Source: a virus
Taxonomy: Duplodnaviria; Caudoviricetes
DNA length: 47,337 bases
Reading direction: 5' to 3' (one strand)
Virus record (IMG/VR): IMGVR_UViG_3300044233_000745
Span: 1-47,337 of that record
Below the pieces are notes generated by a model. The model searched no databases. It was given only the letters and a program-made list of their open reading frames with translations, and was not told the origin of the DNA. Position 1 is the first letter of the stretch. Every line of letters starts with the position of its first letter. The translations under genes were made by a program, and so were the position numbers. This document shows, one piece after another, positions 26,560 through 35,854 of the stretch.

Positions 26560-27240
26560 TCAATCAGTTGAAGGATTATTGTAGAGAAGTTCCCAAGTTC
26601 CATCTAAATGCTCAACGAGTGCCGTGCAGTTTGTGACCCAATCTCCACAGTTCATGTAAGATTCTTTGATCTTAGGTGAGTGCGTGTGTCCAGTAATTGC
26701 ACAGTCATATCCCCGCAGGTTGATATGTTTTTTGATAACGTTTTCAGTTCCAAAAATTTTATACATCCTATTAGTGAATGAACTATTCTCTTCTTTATGT
26801 GGAATATAATCCCAAATATGGGCAAAGAAATTGATTATAAATGATGGAACCTTCATTGTAAGATCGTAATGATCCCCATGAGTAATAAGATACTTACGTC
26901 CATCAATGCCGAAATAGTCACAAGAATCGACAATTTGGCATCGACCAAACTGGAAGTCGTATTTGAAAAACGGTCTAATAAACTCGTCGTGATTGCCAGC
27001 AATGTAATAAACATTCATCCTCTCCGATAATTTTAGGATTTTACGAATGACTTCTGTCTGAGTTTTAGTCCAATAATGTTTGCGTCTGAGTGCCCAACCA
27101 TCAACAATATCCCCAACCAAATACAAGTTCTCTGCAACGAATGAATCTAAGAATGCGTGTAATCTCTTTGCTTTACACGCCTTTGTTCCTAGATGCACAT
27201 CACTGATAAAGACAGACTTGTATTCTAGTTTTTCGGTCAT
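26560..27240 (-). CDS. calcineurin-like metallophosphoesterase (LpxH/UDP-2,3-diacylglucosamine hydrolase-like)
   Basis: SDVHLG, GDIVDGW, GNHD, HGD, GHTH and NCGDW motifs. Confidence 0.85.
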   Translation of the reverse strand: MTEKLEYKSVFISDVHLGTKACKAKRLHAFLDSFVAENLYLVGDIVDGWALRRKHYWTKTQTEVIRKILKLSERMNVYYIAGNHDEFIRPFFKYDFQFGRCQIVDSCDYFGIDGRKYLITHGDHYDLTMKVPSFIINFFAHIWDYIPHKEENSSFTNRMYKIFGTENVIKKHINLRGYDCAITGHTHSPKIKESYMNCGDWVTNCTALVEHLDGTWELLYNNPSTD

Positions 27241-28637
27241 ATTTTCAGAGAACTGAAGTCTCGCTTCTCGTTGTTGCCGACAGTATTTAGAGGTTTGTCT
27301 GGTATTCCCGAACCTAAAATGTCATCCTGTGCACCTTCTTCGGCATCAAACAATCGCATCTTTGACCTATCAATTCCAACGACGAACCTCTTATTAGACC
27401 CCGGATCGGAATATCTATTTTTGAGTTGCTTGATCATTACTTGATCAAGGTCTTCCAATTCTTCGGTGCTGATCATCGCCAACATTAGGTCTGCGGTTGC
27501 TGGTAGTCCGAACGACTCTGAAACGTCTTCCATCCCTGGGTCTGAGTTACTATATCCACTTCTCGTTGTCTGAGTCGCAGAAACAATTGGTATGTTCTTT
27601 TCAACCGCAAGTCCTCGCAACTCTTCTGCGATTGCTTTGACATAGGTGTATGAGTTGACATTGCTCCCTGCTCGTATTCTTTGACTCATACAAATATTGA
27701 GATAGTCAATATAGATGATGTCTGGTGTAAAGTTTCGCTTCAGTCCAAGTTCATTGACTACATGACGAAAGTGTCCAACATGTGCTGATGCGGTTGGATA
27801 TTCTTTGATGATCAGTTTGCCAAGTGTCTTCTCTTTGACTCGCTTGACTTTTTTCTCATACATTTGTTGTGGCATAGACTTCAAATCATCTAATGACACA
27901 TTTAGGAGGTTTGCGTCGATTCTTTCTGCGATTTTCTCTTCTGCCATCTCCATCGTGATGTAAAAGACATTCTTCCCATCCATAAGGTTTGAAGATGCCA
28001 TGTGACACATCGCTAAAGATTTACCCACACCCGTACCGGCAAGAATAATATTGAGAGACTTGCGTGACAAACCACCCTTAGTGATTTGATTGAGTAGTTC
28101 AATATCAAACGGAATCTTTTCTTCTTTTCTGTGATAAAATTCATAACGCTCACTGTAATCCTCTAAAAAGTCATGCCCGATATGCGTGTCGAATGACACA
28201 GATAATGCCTTAGTGAGAATATCTGGGATTGCTCCCTTTCCTTGTTCTTTGTCCTTACCATCAATAATTTGAATGCTGTTCATAATAGCATTATAGACTG
28301 CCCGCTCCTGACAAAAGGTTTCGGTTTGGTCTAGCAACCACTCTTTCTGAACTTGCTCTTCAATGACTAGATTCTTGACGAGTTCAGTCGCATTCTGAAA
28401 CTCGCCATCCGCAATCTTTTCATCCTTATCTAACTCAATGAGTAATGACTCACGAGTCGGCACAGTGTTGTACTCGTTGACAAAATCTACGATCTTATCA
28501 AGTAGCAGTCGCTCTGTGCTTTCACTGAAGTATTCTGATTTTAGAAATGGAATAACTTTGCGTGTGTAATCCTCATCATTGATCAGATGCTTCAGTATCG
28601 TCGTTTCTATTCTCGTGGTAATCAATGGATGCCTCAA
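27237..28637 (-). CDS. gp41: replicative DNA helicase
   Basis: AGTGVGKS, DYLNI, SATQTTR, ESFGLP and KNRY; true start may be TTG near 28626. Confidence 0.95.
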   Translation of the reverse strand: MRHPLITTRIETTILKHLINDEDYTRKVIPFLKSEYFSESTERLLLDKIVDFVNEYNTVPTRESLLIELDKDEKIADGEFQNATELVKNLVIEEQVQKEWLLDQTETFCQERAVYNAIMNSIQIIDGKDKEQGKGAIPDILTKALSVSFDTHIGHDFLEDYSERYEFYHRKEEKIPFDIELLNQITKGGLSRKSLNIILAGTGVGKSLAMCHMASSNLMDGKNVFYITMEMAEEKIAERIDANLLNVSLDDLKSMPQQMYEKKVKRVKEKTLGKLIIKEYPTASAHVGHFRHVVNELGLKRNFTPDIIYIDYLNICMSQRIRAGSNVNSYTYVKAIAEELRGLAVEKNIPIVSATQTTRSGYSNSDPGMEDVSESFGLPATADLMLAMISTEELEDLDQVMIKQLKNRYSDPGSNKRFVVGIDRSKMRLFDAEEGAQDDILGSGIPDKPLNTVGNNEKRDFSSLKI

Positions 28638-28887
28638 TCAATTCAACTAAAATGTCACCAATCATAGTCTTGAACTCTTCGTAGTCTTCGCCCGTCAAGT
28701 TCTCGACATCAATGTCAATTGGTTCCAATACATCATATTCAAAAGACAGTGATGCAACTTCTTGATCATCACTTTCGTGGAAGTCAATCTTTCCATACTT
28801 ATAAACAAGACCTTCGTACTTGCCTTCGGACAGCATCACCGCCCATTGCTCATCAGCATCCTTGTGCTCAATCAGTGTGTACTTCAT
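28576..28887 (-). CDS. probable gp40-like head vertex assembly chaperone
   Basis: Small acidic ORF in the T4-syntenic position between uvsX and gp41. Confidence 0.5.
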   Translation of the reverse strand: MKYTLIEHKDADEQWAVMLSEGKYEGLVYKYGKIDFHESDDQEVASLSFEYDVLEPIDIDVENLTGEDYEEFKTMIGDILVELIEASIDYHENRNDDTEASDQ

Positions 28888-29914
28888 TCTGTTCCTCTGC
28901 GATTTCATTGCCGTACATATACTCATTCTTTGCGGCATCATCTAACTGCTTCAGTACATCGTCAGTGAAATACTTTGTGGGTTCTTTCATAATTTGTTTA
29001 CCAAAGACCTTTGCCCCATCTGGCATCTCGTATCGTGTGGATACCTTCTTGAAGATTCCATACTTCTCTGCCAAGTCAAGTAAACCGTAGTATCGGTCAA
29101 GACCCTTGGTGTGAGAGACAAGCACTTGAACTTCCTTGTTCTCTTGAGTAAATCGTGACTTGTGCATCCTTGCCTTGACGATATTTCCGATAACTTCTGT
29201 ACCATCCTTTTCTTTCTTCTTTGACAAGTAGACGACTGTAGACGACACATACTTTAGACCCGAACCACCCGACATTTCTTTGGTTGGAATATACGAACCC
29301 ACAACATCATACACATGGTTGGTCACCAGAAGTGGCACATTGACTTTTGCTAACTTGAGACCTAGCACACGGAATGTTGCTTTCAGCACTTGTGCCTTGG
29401 TCATGTCTCGTGTCTCGCTTCCTGCCGATGTGTCTTCAATCTCTTTGGTGGTAGACAACTGACCCAAGGAATCCAAGACCATCATCATTGGGGGTGGGTC
29501 ACTATGCTGTGAATAGTTTTCCACAACTTGAAGTGCGTGGTGACGGAACTTCTGAATTGTTTCTGGTTCTGCGATGATGACACGATTGACATCAATGCCT
29601 CGTTGTTCCATCATTGACTTTGTGACTGCTGCTTCGGTGTCGTAATAGAACACTGCCGCTTCGGGGTTGTCATCCAAAAACTGTTTGACGATACCCATCA
29701 CAAAGAATGTCTTACCTGTTGCTGACTCACCTGCGAATGTAGTGATCTTGTTGTTGGGGACTCCCCCAAAGATACTGCCACTGAGTGCGGCATTGAGGAT
29801 GTATGAACCAGTATCGACTGTACCCGAAAACTCCGATGAGTTTGACCCATCTGCAGCAATGTGTGTATCGGGATCACCAATCTGCTTTACCATATCACGA
29901 AAGAAACTACTCAT
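28868..29914 (-). CDS. uvsX: RecA-like recombinase
   Basis: AGESATGKT, YYDTE, DSLG and MSGGSG motifs. Confidence 0.95.
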   Translation of the reverse strand: MSSFFRDMVKQIGDPDTHIAADGSNSSEFSGTVDTGSYILNAALSGSIFGGVPNNKITTFAGESATGKTFFVMGIVKQFLDDNPEAAVFYYDTEAAVTKSMMEQRGIDVNRVIIAEPETIQKFRHHALQVVENYSQHSDPPPMMMVLDSLGQLSTTKEIEDTSAGSETRDMTKAQVLKATFRVLGLKLAKVNVPLLVTNHVYDVVGSYIPTKEMSGGSGLKYVSSTVVYLSKKKEKDGTEVIGNIVKARMHKSRFTQENKEVQVLVSHTKGLDRYYGLLDLAEKYGIFKKVSTRYEMPDGAKVFGKQIMKEPTKYFTDDVLKQLDDAAKNEYMYGNEIAEEQNEVHTD

Positions 29915-29937
29915 AAAATCTCCATTAAATTTTAGAC

Positions 29938-29966
29938 ATTATACCAATAAGTAATTGTTTTGTCAA
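29938..29966 (-). promoter_or_regulatory. perfect sigma70 promoter TTGACA-17-TATAAT
   Basis: Exact consensus upstream of uvsX; leader has a GGAG SD. Confidence 0.85.
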
Positions 29967-30922
29967 TCACTTTTTATTTTGACTGTGCCAGTATTACCAC
30001 TAGAATCTTTATATGTCTGTACTGACCATTTTTGGGGACGTTTAATTTTTACATCACTTTCAAAGTTGTCGTCAGCATTGGTAGCACTAAACCACTCCTC
30101 TGCTTCAACGTCATAATCTGGGTTTGGTTTTGGTTTGGGTGTAATTGGGGATTTAATTGGTTTTATATCAAGTTCAACAACCTTGCGTTTTTCAAACTCA
30201 TCACGGAGTGTCATATTTGCCGCAATCACCAATAGAATTGCCAGTGGGTCAAAAACAAAGATAATCACAATAATAACCCAACGAACCGCACGTTCTAAGT
30301 CAGCATCTGTAAACAACAAATCTGCAACATATCGGATCGGTCCAACCTCAACTTCAAATGCTTTGACTTGTAATTGAAGTTTTGATTGCTCTTCTTGTAA
30401 CCTTGCAATTTCCTCACCCGATGTAGACACCGCAAGGTTCAGTGCATCACGTTCTGGTTTTTGCTCTTGCCTTGCTTGTAATCCTTTGGTGACTGCACCC
30501 AACTCTGTGTATCTTGCCAAAGCACCATCAAGCAAATCCAACGCACCTTGATTTCGTATAATGTCTTTTTGTTCTCTGTCTATCTGAATTTGAATCAATT
30601 CAATTTGGTTTTCAACAACGTTCAGGTCACCTGTCTGTTCAATGTGTGCTTTTGATAAAAATCCAAAGATACCCATACTTGTAATGAACATCAAAACAAA
30701 CACCGCAATAGTCAGATACGACTTGAGTAAAAACGGAGTTCTACTCCAGTTTTGATACAACCAAGATGCGGTCAATACCTTACCAACCTCAAGCACCCCA
30801 CCCATAATTGCAATTGCAACTGCTGATGCCGAAAAGATTGCCATCAATCCGATAATCGAATACCAAGCAGCGACTGCCGAAATTGCTAAAGCAACAAACA
30901 ATGTTAGGTATCCAAAAATCAT
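29963..30922 (-). CDS. multi-pass membrane protein with coiled coil
   Basis: Three N-terminal TMs, a coiled coil, then a TM with FDPLA. Confidence 0.75.
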   Translation of the reverse strand: MIFGYLTLFVALAISAVAAWYSIIGLMAIFSASAVAIAIMGGVLEVGKVLTASWLYQNWSRTPFLLKSYLTIAVFVLMFITSMGIFGFLSKAHIEQTGDLNVVENQIELIQIQIDREQKDIIRNQGALDLLDGALARYTELGAVTKGLQARQEQKPERDALNLAVSTSGEEIARLQEEQSKLQLQVKAFEVEVGPIRYVADLLFTDADLERAVRWVIIVIIFVFDPLAILLVIAANMTLRDEFEKRKVVELDIKPIKSPITPKPKPNPDYDVEAEEWFSATNADDNFESDVKIKRPQKWSVQTYKDSSGNTGTVKIKSD

Positions 30923-31236
30923 TCTCGTGTGATCTCCAACACACGATCAATCTGTGCCTGAACCTTTTCTGCTCTTCCTGGCCAATAGATGTATTCTTTA
31001 TCTGCCGTCTTCAAAAGGTTGACGAGAAGTGGCATGATAATCTTTTCAAGGTCTGTAATCTTTTCCTCAAGATCACCGACCCTCCTATCTTTCTCTGCCT
31101 CAATTTCCTGAATCTTTTGTTTTGCTTCAACGGAAATACTCTGTTCAACTTTTTTGATTTGACCTTGATATTCTTCTTCACTGACTCCAGTGAAACCAAA
31201 GTCATAATCAAGGTACTCTGATGGAATGTCCTTCAC
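30919..31236 (-). CDS. conserved hypothetical protein
   Basis: GTGA overlap with the gp43 stop; DFGFT...KEYIYWP. Confidence 0.7.
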   Translation of the reverse strand: MKDIPSEYLDYDFGFTGVSEEEYQGQIKKVEQSISVEAKQKIQEIEAEKDRRVGDLEEKITDLEKIIMPLLVNLLKTADKEYIYWPGRAEKVQAQIDRVLEITRE

Positions 31237-33737
31237 GAGAAGAAATCCTCCAATGATGCTGATTTTTCTACCTTCCAATCAATGGTGTCGAGTATGACCT
31301 TCATTGGTTCAAGGAATGCCTTCGTAAACTGTGTATCGTAATCTATGTATTCCTGAACAGAAAACTCTGGTGGTAATACATTAGGGACTGAAATCACATT
31401 CTGCTTCATAGGATTTGGCATACGCAAATAACAGAACTTGATTTTCTCACCCTCGTTTATCAACTCATACTTCTGCGTCAGTTTTCTCTCCGTAATCTGA
31501 TGATTGAAAACCAAAGAACCTCGCACATGAATTGGTGTGTTTTTTCTAAAAAGTGTCGCACTATCTCTATATTTATGGATCATACTAACCCCTCTTGGGA
31601 ATGCTACTTCCTCAAACGGAGACGATGAGAACTTGCGACGAAACTCTGCGACAAACTCTTGGAGTTCGGACTCACTACCTTCCATCACAATCTTCAAAGC
31701 ATCACCAATCGCAGAACGACATATGCCCGGTGTAGATGACTTGACTGCTTCAATACCCATCATCTTCAACTTGGGTTCTTTGTATTTTACACCCTCGTTG
31801 TCCCACACGTTCAGAATGTATCTCTTCTTCGCAGTCCAAATGCCACGCTCTGCGATTGCTTCTCGCTTCATTGACATCTTCTGCGAGTAGGCATTCATAC
31901 CTACAGCAAGTTCTTGATAACACTTATCAATAAAAGGTTCAATCTTCTGTCGAGCAACCCTATCAAGAAAGTCCACGCATTTCCTCTTATAGTCACTCTC
32001 CGATACAAACTTTCCTTTTTCAAGAACCTTAGATACCAACCCATCAAAAACAATGTATAACGAATCTGTATCTGACGCAACCACATAGTCCTTACCCTTT
32101 GTCTCAAGTATCTTGTTAAGATACTCATTCATCTTGCGCTCAATCCAACGAATTGACAACTGCCCACCCATCGTAATCGCAGTTGCTTGTCGGATATCAA
32201 AGAAACGGAAGTATTCGTTTCCTAATGCACCGTAGGCAGAGTTCAACTGTACTTTCTTTGCTAACTGTAAGTTTTTGTACTTACTAATCTCATTGACTAA
32301 CTTGCGTTTACGTTGTGTGTCAGTTTCTTCTTGAAGAGTAGATTCTGCCTCAAGCATTGCCTTCTTTGCAATCACTCGTTCGTCATACATTTTCTGCATC
32401 ATTTCAGGTAGGAAACCTTGAATGTCTCGACGGAAGCACTGACCATTCGCAGTCATCACCTTATTAACATCAATCTTTGGGAACTTACCATTCACCATCT
32501 CATCAATGTGTAACGAATATGGAATGTCGTCAATCAATGTTTCGGGTGAGATATTATACTGCATAATCAAGTGAGGATACAGAGAGTTCAAGTCAAACGA
32601 CATAATCCAATCGTGCTTACCCACTTGCGGGTCTTTCACATACGCACCCACATACTGTGTGTCTTTGCCAGTAAATCGTTTAGGTGAAACCACAATACCT
32701 TTTTTCCACAAATGATTGTGAATGAGCACATCCCACATCCGAACTTGAGTGTAGACATCACTATAGTTTACCTTGGCATCATATGCAAGTGCTAGTGCCA
32801 TGTCAATGAGTTTCATCTTCTCATCAAGTTTGACAACCAACTCAACATCCTTGATGTTGTACTCAATGAACTTTTGATGGTTCTCAAGATACAATGTCTG
32901 TAGTGTGCCGTATTCAGAGTAGTCAATCTTCTTCTCACCCAACTCAACAAAACCAATGTGGTCTAGTCGATAGGATTCTTGCTGTGAGTATGTGAACTTA
33001 CGATACAAGTCGAGATAGTCTAAAGTCGAGACACCGACAATGTTGTACGACTGTTGCATTCGACCTTGGATTTCTCGTTCGTTCTTATCGAGCAAACCCC
33101 ACGGAGAAAGTTGTCGTGCCTTCTTGAAACCAAGTTTGTTGCTGATGCGATTGACCAAATACGGAACATCAAAGAAAGTACAGTTCCAACCAGTAAGAAT
33201 ATCTGGGTCTAGTCGAGTCCACAAGTCACCAAACTTTAATAATAAATCAATCTCGTCTTTACAGACAATCTCAACTACATCATCCCGATGTACAACATAC
33301 TCACCATAGTGCAACACATAATACTTACCATCAACAGTAATTGTGATTGCCGTAATAGGTTGTTCAGCATCTTCGGGTTTTGGAAATCCTTTGTCACTAC
33401 CAACCTCGATATCAAGATAGGCAGTAACAATCTGTGACCGTTCGTAGTCAACACCATCTATCCAAGTTTCGTTAATATAAGCATACTCAAACTTTTCAAG
33501 ACCGTAGATTTCAAATCCACCAACATCTTTGTATTGCTTGATGAAGTCCCGTGCTTCACGGATTGAACCCTGCTCGACAGGTGCGAGTGACCGACCCTCA
33601 ATAGATTTCCATTCACCTTCGTGTGAGGGAACGAAAAGTTTTGGGTTGTATTGAACCCTGTGCGAGAATCGCTCACCATTTTTGCGACCTCGCACGAGGA
33701 TATGATCTCCAATCAAATGTACATTTGTATAAAACAT
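31233..33737 (-). CDS. gp43: family B DNA polymerase
   Basis: DIEV exonuclease motif, SFDLNSLYP, KVQLNSAYG and SDTDS. Confidence 0.97.
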   Translation of the reverse strand: MFYTNVHLIGDHILVRGRKNGERFSHRVQYNPKLFVPSHEGEWKSIEGRSLAPVEQGSIREARDFIKQYKDVGGFEIYGLEKFEYAYINETWIDGVDYERSQIVTAYLDIEVGSDKGFPKPEDAEQPITAITITVDGKYYVLHYGEYVVHRDDVVEIVCKDEIDLLLKFGDLWTRLDPDILTGWNCTFFDVPYLVNRISNKLGFKKARQLSPWGLLDKNEREIQGRMQQSYNIVGVSTLDYLDLYRKFTYSQQESYRLDHIGFVELGEKKIDYSEYGTLQTLYLENHQKFIEYNIKDVELVVKLDEKMKLIDMALALAYDAKVNYSDVYTQVRMWDVLIHNHLWKKGIVVSPKRFTGKDTQYVGAYVKDPQVGKHDWIMSFDLNSLYPHLIMQYNISPETLIDDIPYSLHIDEMVNGKFPKIDVNKVMTANGQCFRRDIQGFLPEMMQKMYDERVIAKKAMLEAESTLQEETDTQRKRKLVNEISKYKNLQLAKKVQLNSAYGALGNEYFRFFDIRQATAITMGGQLSIRWIERKMNEYLNKILETKGKDYVVASDTDSLYIVFDGLVSKVLEKGKFVSESDYKRKCVDFLDRVARQKIEPFIDKCYQELAVGMNAYSQKMSMKREAIAERGIWTAKKRYILNVWDNEGVKYKEPKLKMMGIEAVKSSTPGICRSAIGDALKIVMEGSESELQEFVAEFRRKFSSSPFEEVAFPRGVSMIHKYRDSATLFRKNTPIHVRGSLVFNHQITERKLTQKYELINEGEKIKFCYLRMPNPMKQNVISVPNVLPPEFSVQEYIDYDTQFTKAFLEPMKVILDTIDWKVEKSASLEDFFS

Positions 33738-33744
33738 GATGTAG

Positions 33745-33773
33745 ATTATACTTTAGTTAGTGTTCAATGTCAA
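33745..33773 (-). promoter_or_regulatory. perfect sigma70 promoter TTGACA-17-TATAAT, 7 nt before gp43 ATG
   Basis: Exact consensus; no SD. Confidence 0.85.
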
Positions 33774-34234
33774 GCATTGATTCCAGTTGAGTATTCAGTT
33801 TTGCCATTAACACGAGTCGCAGTTAGAATTGACTTACGATTAGTTCCATCAGTTTTGTATGATACATGAACCCAACCACTATCAGGCACACCAGAAGTGT
33901 AAAACTCCAGAATGAGCTGATCAAATTCAAGATTGTCTCTAATCCATTCAGCAAGTTCCGCATTAGGAGTCCCTGGCACTTCGATGTCTGCCGCTTCACC
34001 TTTGCAATGCTGAGATCGAGATGATCCTCCCACAGCAGTATTAAGGTCAGGAGAGCGATACCCGGAGTTAATAACAGTAGGACCAAAATGGTCACGAACT
34101 GGTTGAACCACCTTTTCAAAAAGTGCAACTGCTGCATCCATATGTTCTCCTTTTGGAGCATTATCAATACCTTTGCGTTCCGCAGTTTGTGATTTAGTAA
34201 ATTCTACCAGTGAGAAATTCTTAGACAGTTTCAT
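33770..34234 (-). CDS. peptidase M15A endolysin-like protein
   Basis: SGYRS..LN..VGGS..SQH..GEAAD and WVHVS motifs. Confidence 0.88.
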   Translation of the reverse strand: MKLSKNFSLVEFTKSQTAERKGIDNAPKGEHMDAAVALFEKVVQPVRDHFGPTVINSGYRSPDLNTAVGGSSRSQHCKGEAADIEVPGTPNAELAEWIRDNLEFDQLILEFYTSGVPDSGWVHVSYKTDGTNRKSILTATRVNGKTEYSTGINA

Positions 34235-34246
34235 TTTTTCTCCTAT

Positions 34247-34270
34247 AAAAAGGGGTGGAAAACCACCCCT
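34247..34270 (-). terminator. intrinsic terminator, abutted by late-like promoter TCTAAATA (34270-34277)
   Basis: AGGGGTGG-TTTT-CCACCCCT followed by TTTT. Confidence 0.8.
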
Positions 34271-34281
34271 ATTTAGAACGA

Positions 34282-34521
34282 TTACTGCTTTTTCACAAAG
34301 TTGTAAAGTTCCTCTGCCTTTTCCATAATTTCTTTTGGTTGATACATCTTTGGAGTGTATTTCTGAATCACTTTCTCAAGTTCTTCACCCGCAAAATGTT
34401 CTTGTGCTTGATTTACCATAGTCCAAAAGACTTGTTGCTGTTGATCGTAGGCACGATCAGCAAGTTCTTTTGCCATAGCAAGTACATCGAAACGCAGTTC
34501 ATATGGATTTTTATTAGACAT
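34282..34521 (-). CDS. conserved small phage protein
   Basis: MSNKNPYELRFDVL.MAK; AAGGAG SD. Confidence 0.75.
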   Translation of the reverse strand: MSNKNPYELRFDVLAMAKELADRAYDQQQQVFWTMVNQAQEHFAGEELEKVIQKYTPKMYQPKEIMEKAEELYNFVKKQ

Positions 34522-34559
34522 AATAGTCTCCTTGTGTGTTTATGTGTGTGTGATAAAAA

Positions 34560-35000
34560 TCACAGTGTTTCTTGGAGAAACTCCAAGTCTTTTTGACCAA
34601 TACCGATTTCAATCATTTTTGGTTTCTTCTCATCTGGCAGTACAACTTCCAATTCAATTGAAAGCATACCATCCGACAAATCTGCACCGACTACATCAAC
34701 ATGTTCTGCGAGTCGAAAAATCTTCTCAAATGATTTTGTGCTGATACCTTTATGTAAGTATTTGGCATCTGTGTTGTTTTCTTTTGATGCCTTGACGATA
34801 AGGTCACGGTCTTCCCAGATGATTTCAATATCACCCTTAGAGAAACCCGCAACTGCAAGTTCAATCGCATACCGATTGTTGCCTTGCTTGATAATATTAT
34901 ATGGGGGGTAGTTTGAATCCTCTCTCCGCAGTTCTAACTCATCCATCAACGAGTCAAATCCAACAAAATGGCGAGGGAATATAGAATGTAATCTTGTCAT
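34560..35000 (-). CDS. hsp20: small heat-shock protein Hsp20 (IbpA-like)
   Basis: YPPYNI, ELAVAGF, YLHKGIS and DGML motifs; AAGGAG SD. Confidence 0.93.
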   Translation of the reverse strand: MTRLHSIFPRHFVGFDSLMDELELRREDSNYPPYNIIKQGNNRYAIELAVAGFSKGDIEIIWEDRDLIVKASKENNTDAKYLHKGISTKSFEKIFRLAEHVDVVGADLSDGMLSIELEVVLPDEKKPKMIEIGIGQKDLEFLQETL

Positions 35001-35005
35001 GTTTA

Positions 35006-35050
35006 TCTCCTTTTCAGCAAGATTGTTGTGCGACCCATTTGGCATCGCAC
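35006..35050 (-). promoter_or_regulatory. structured hsp20 5' UTR, ROSE-like RNA thermometer
   Basis: First hairpin GTGCGA...TCGCAC, then TCTTGCT-GAAA-AGGAGA pairing the SD with a bulged G. Confidence 0.65.
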
Positions 35051-35053
35051 CAT

Positions 35054-35061
35054 TATTTATA
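35054..35061 (-). promoter_or_regulatory. T4-type late promoter TATAAATA
   Basis: Exact consensus upstream of hsp20. Confidence 0.75.
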
Positions 35062-35064
35062 CAA

Positions 35065-35475
35065 CTATTTTCTACGTCCAATATTATACTTTGGTTCTAG
35101 TGTCCATTCATTTTTATCTTTGTGTGCAATCACCTTGATTTGAGACAATGGTGCTTGCGGAACAATATATGAGTCCTTGATCATTACATCAACAAGTCCC
35201 CACTCTGCAAGTAATTTAACTATTGTATTTCGTCTTGCTTTGTCTTCATCGGAAAAGTTTGTCGGTTTACCATCGAGTGCAAACAGTTCTTTAAAGTGCA
35301 CAATGTAATATCTACCTTGCTTATGCAAAATATGACACGACTGAAACAGCACATTATCTTTCTTTGCGGCAATACCAATTCTAGTCAAGGTTTCTTTTAC
35401 CTTGAGAAAATCATCCGATTCCTTCAATTGGACTTCAACAAGTTCATCAATGTTGACAGTCATTTCACTTTCCAC
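35065..35475 (-). CDS. regA: translational repressor
   Basis: DDFLKVKETLTRIG, QSCHILHKQG and YYIVHFKELF. Confidence 0.96.
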   Translation of the reverse strand: MESEMTVNIDELVEVQLKESDDFLKVKETLTRIGIAAKKDNVLFQSCHILHKQGRYYIVHFKELFALDGKPTNFSDEDKARRNTIVKLLAEWGLVDVMIKDSYIVPQAPLSQIKVIAHKDKNEWTLEPKYNIGRRK

Positions 35476-35854
35476 CTTTTTCTAATTTTTCTCTCATGAC
35501 CGAAAGCATATCATCTGTCAAAATTCTACCGTACTCTCTTGCTTTCTGAAGAGAACATTGATGGTATTCCATGATGATTTCTAGGTCATTATCTGTGTTA
35601 TTTTTCACCCACTTCGCAAATCTTTTGCGAGGTCTAACACTATTTAGAAAATACTCATATTGTAGTTTTTTGTCAGCATCTTGACGCATATTCATCTCAT
35701 TTGCCAACAGTACGGTGTCAATGAAGTAAGACAGAGACCGATTGGTCAGAAAGGGTTCGTATGCCCGTTCTGCCAACTCGTCATTTTCTGTATCCCGCAT
35801 CATATTTTCTTTTGTCTGATTGATGCTCTTCACATAGTCGAATGCATCACTCAT
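35465..35854 (-). CDS. gp62: clamp loader small subunit
   Basis: NRSLS..DT...NEMN and RKRFAKW motifs; synteny. Confidence 0.92.
   Translation of the reverse strand: MSDAFDYVKSINQTKENMMRDTENDELAERAYEPFLTNRSLSYFIDTVLLANEMNMRQDADKKLQYEYFLNSVRPRKRFAKWVKNNTDNDLEIIMEYHQCSLQKAREYGRILTDDMLSVMREKLEKGGK

Noticed and set aside
8839-33737. Introns or inteins in nrdA, gp41 or gp43; stop-codon recoding
   Set aside because: These genes are uninterrupted, of normal length and readable in the standard code.
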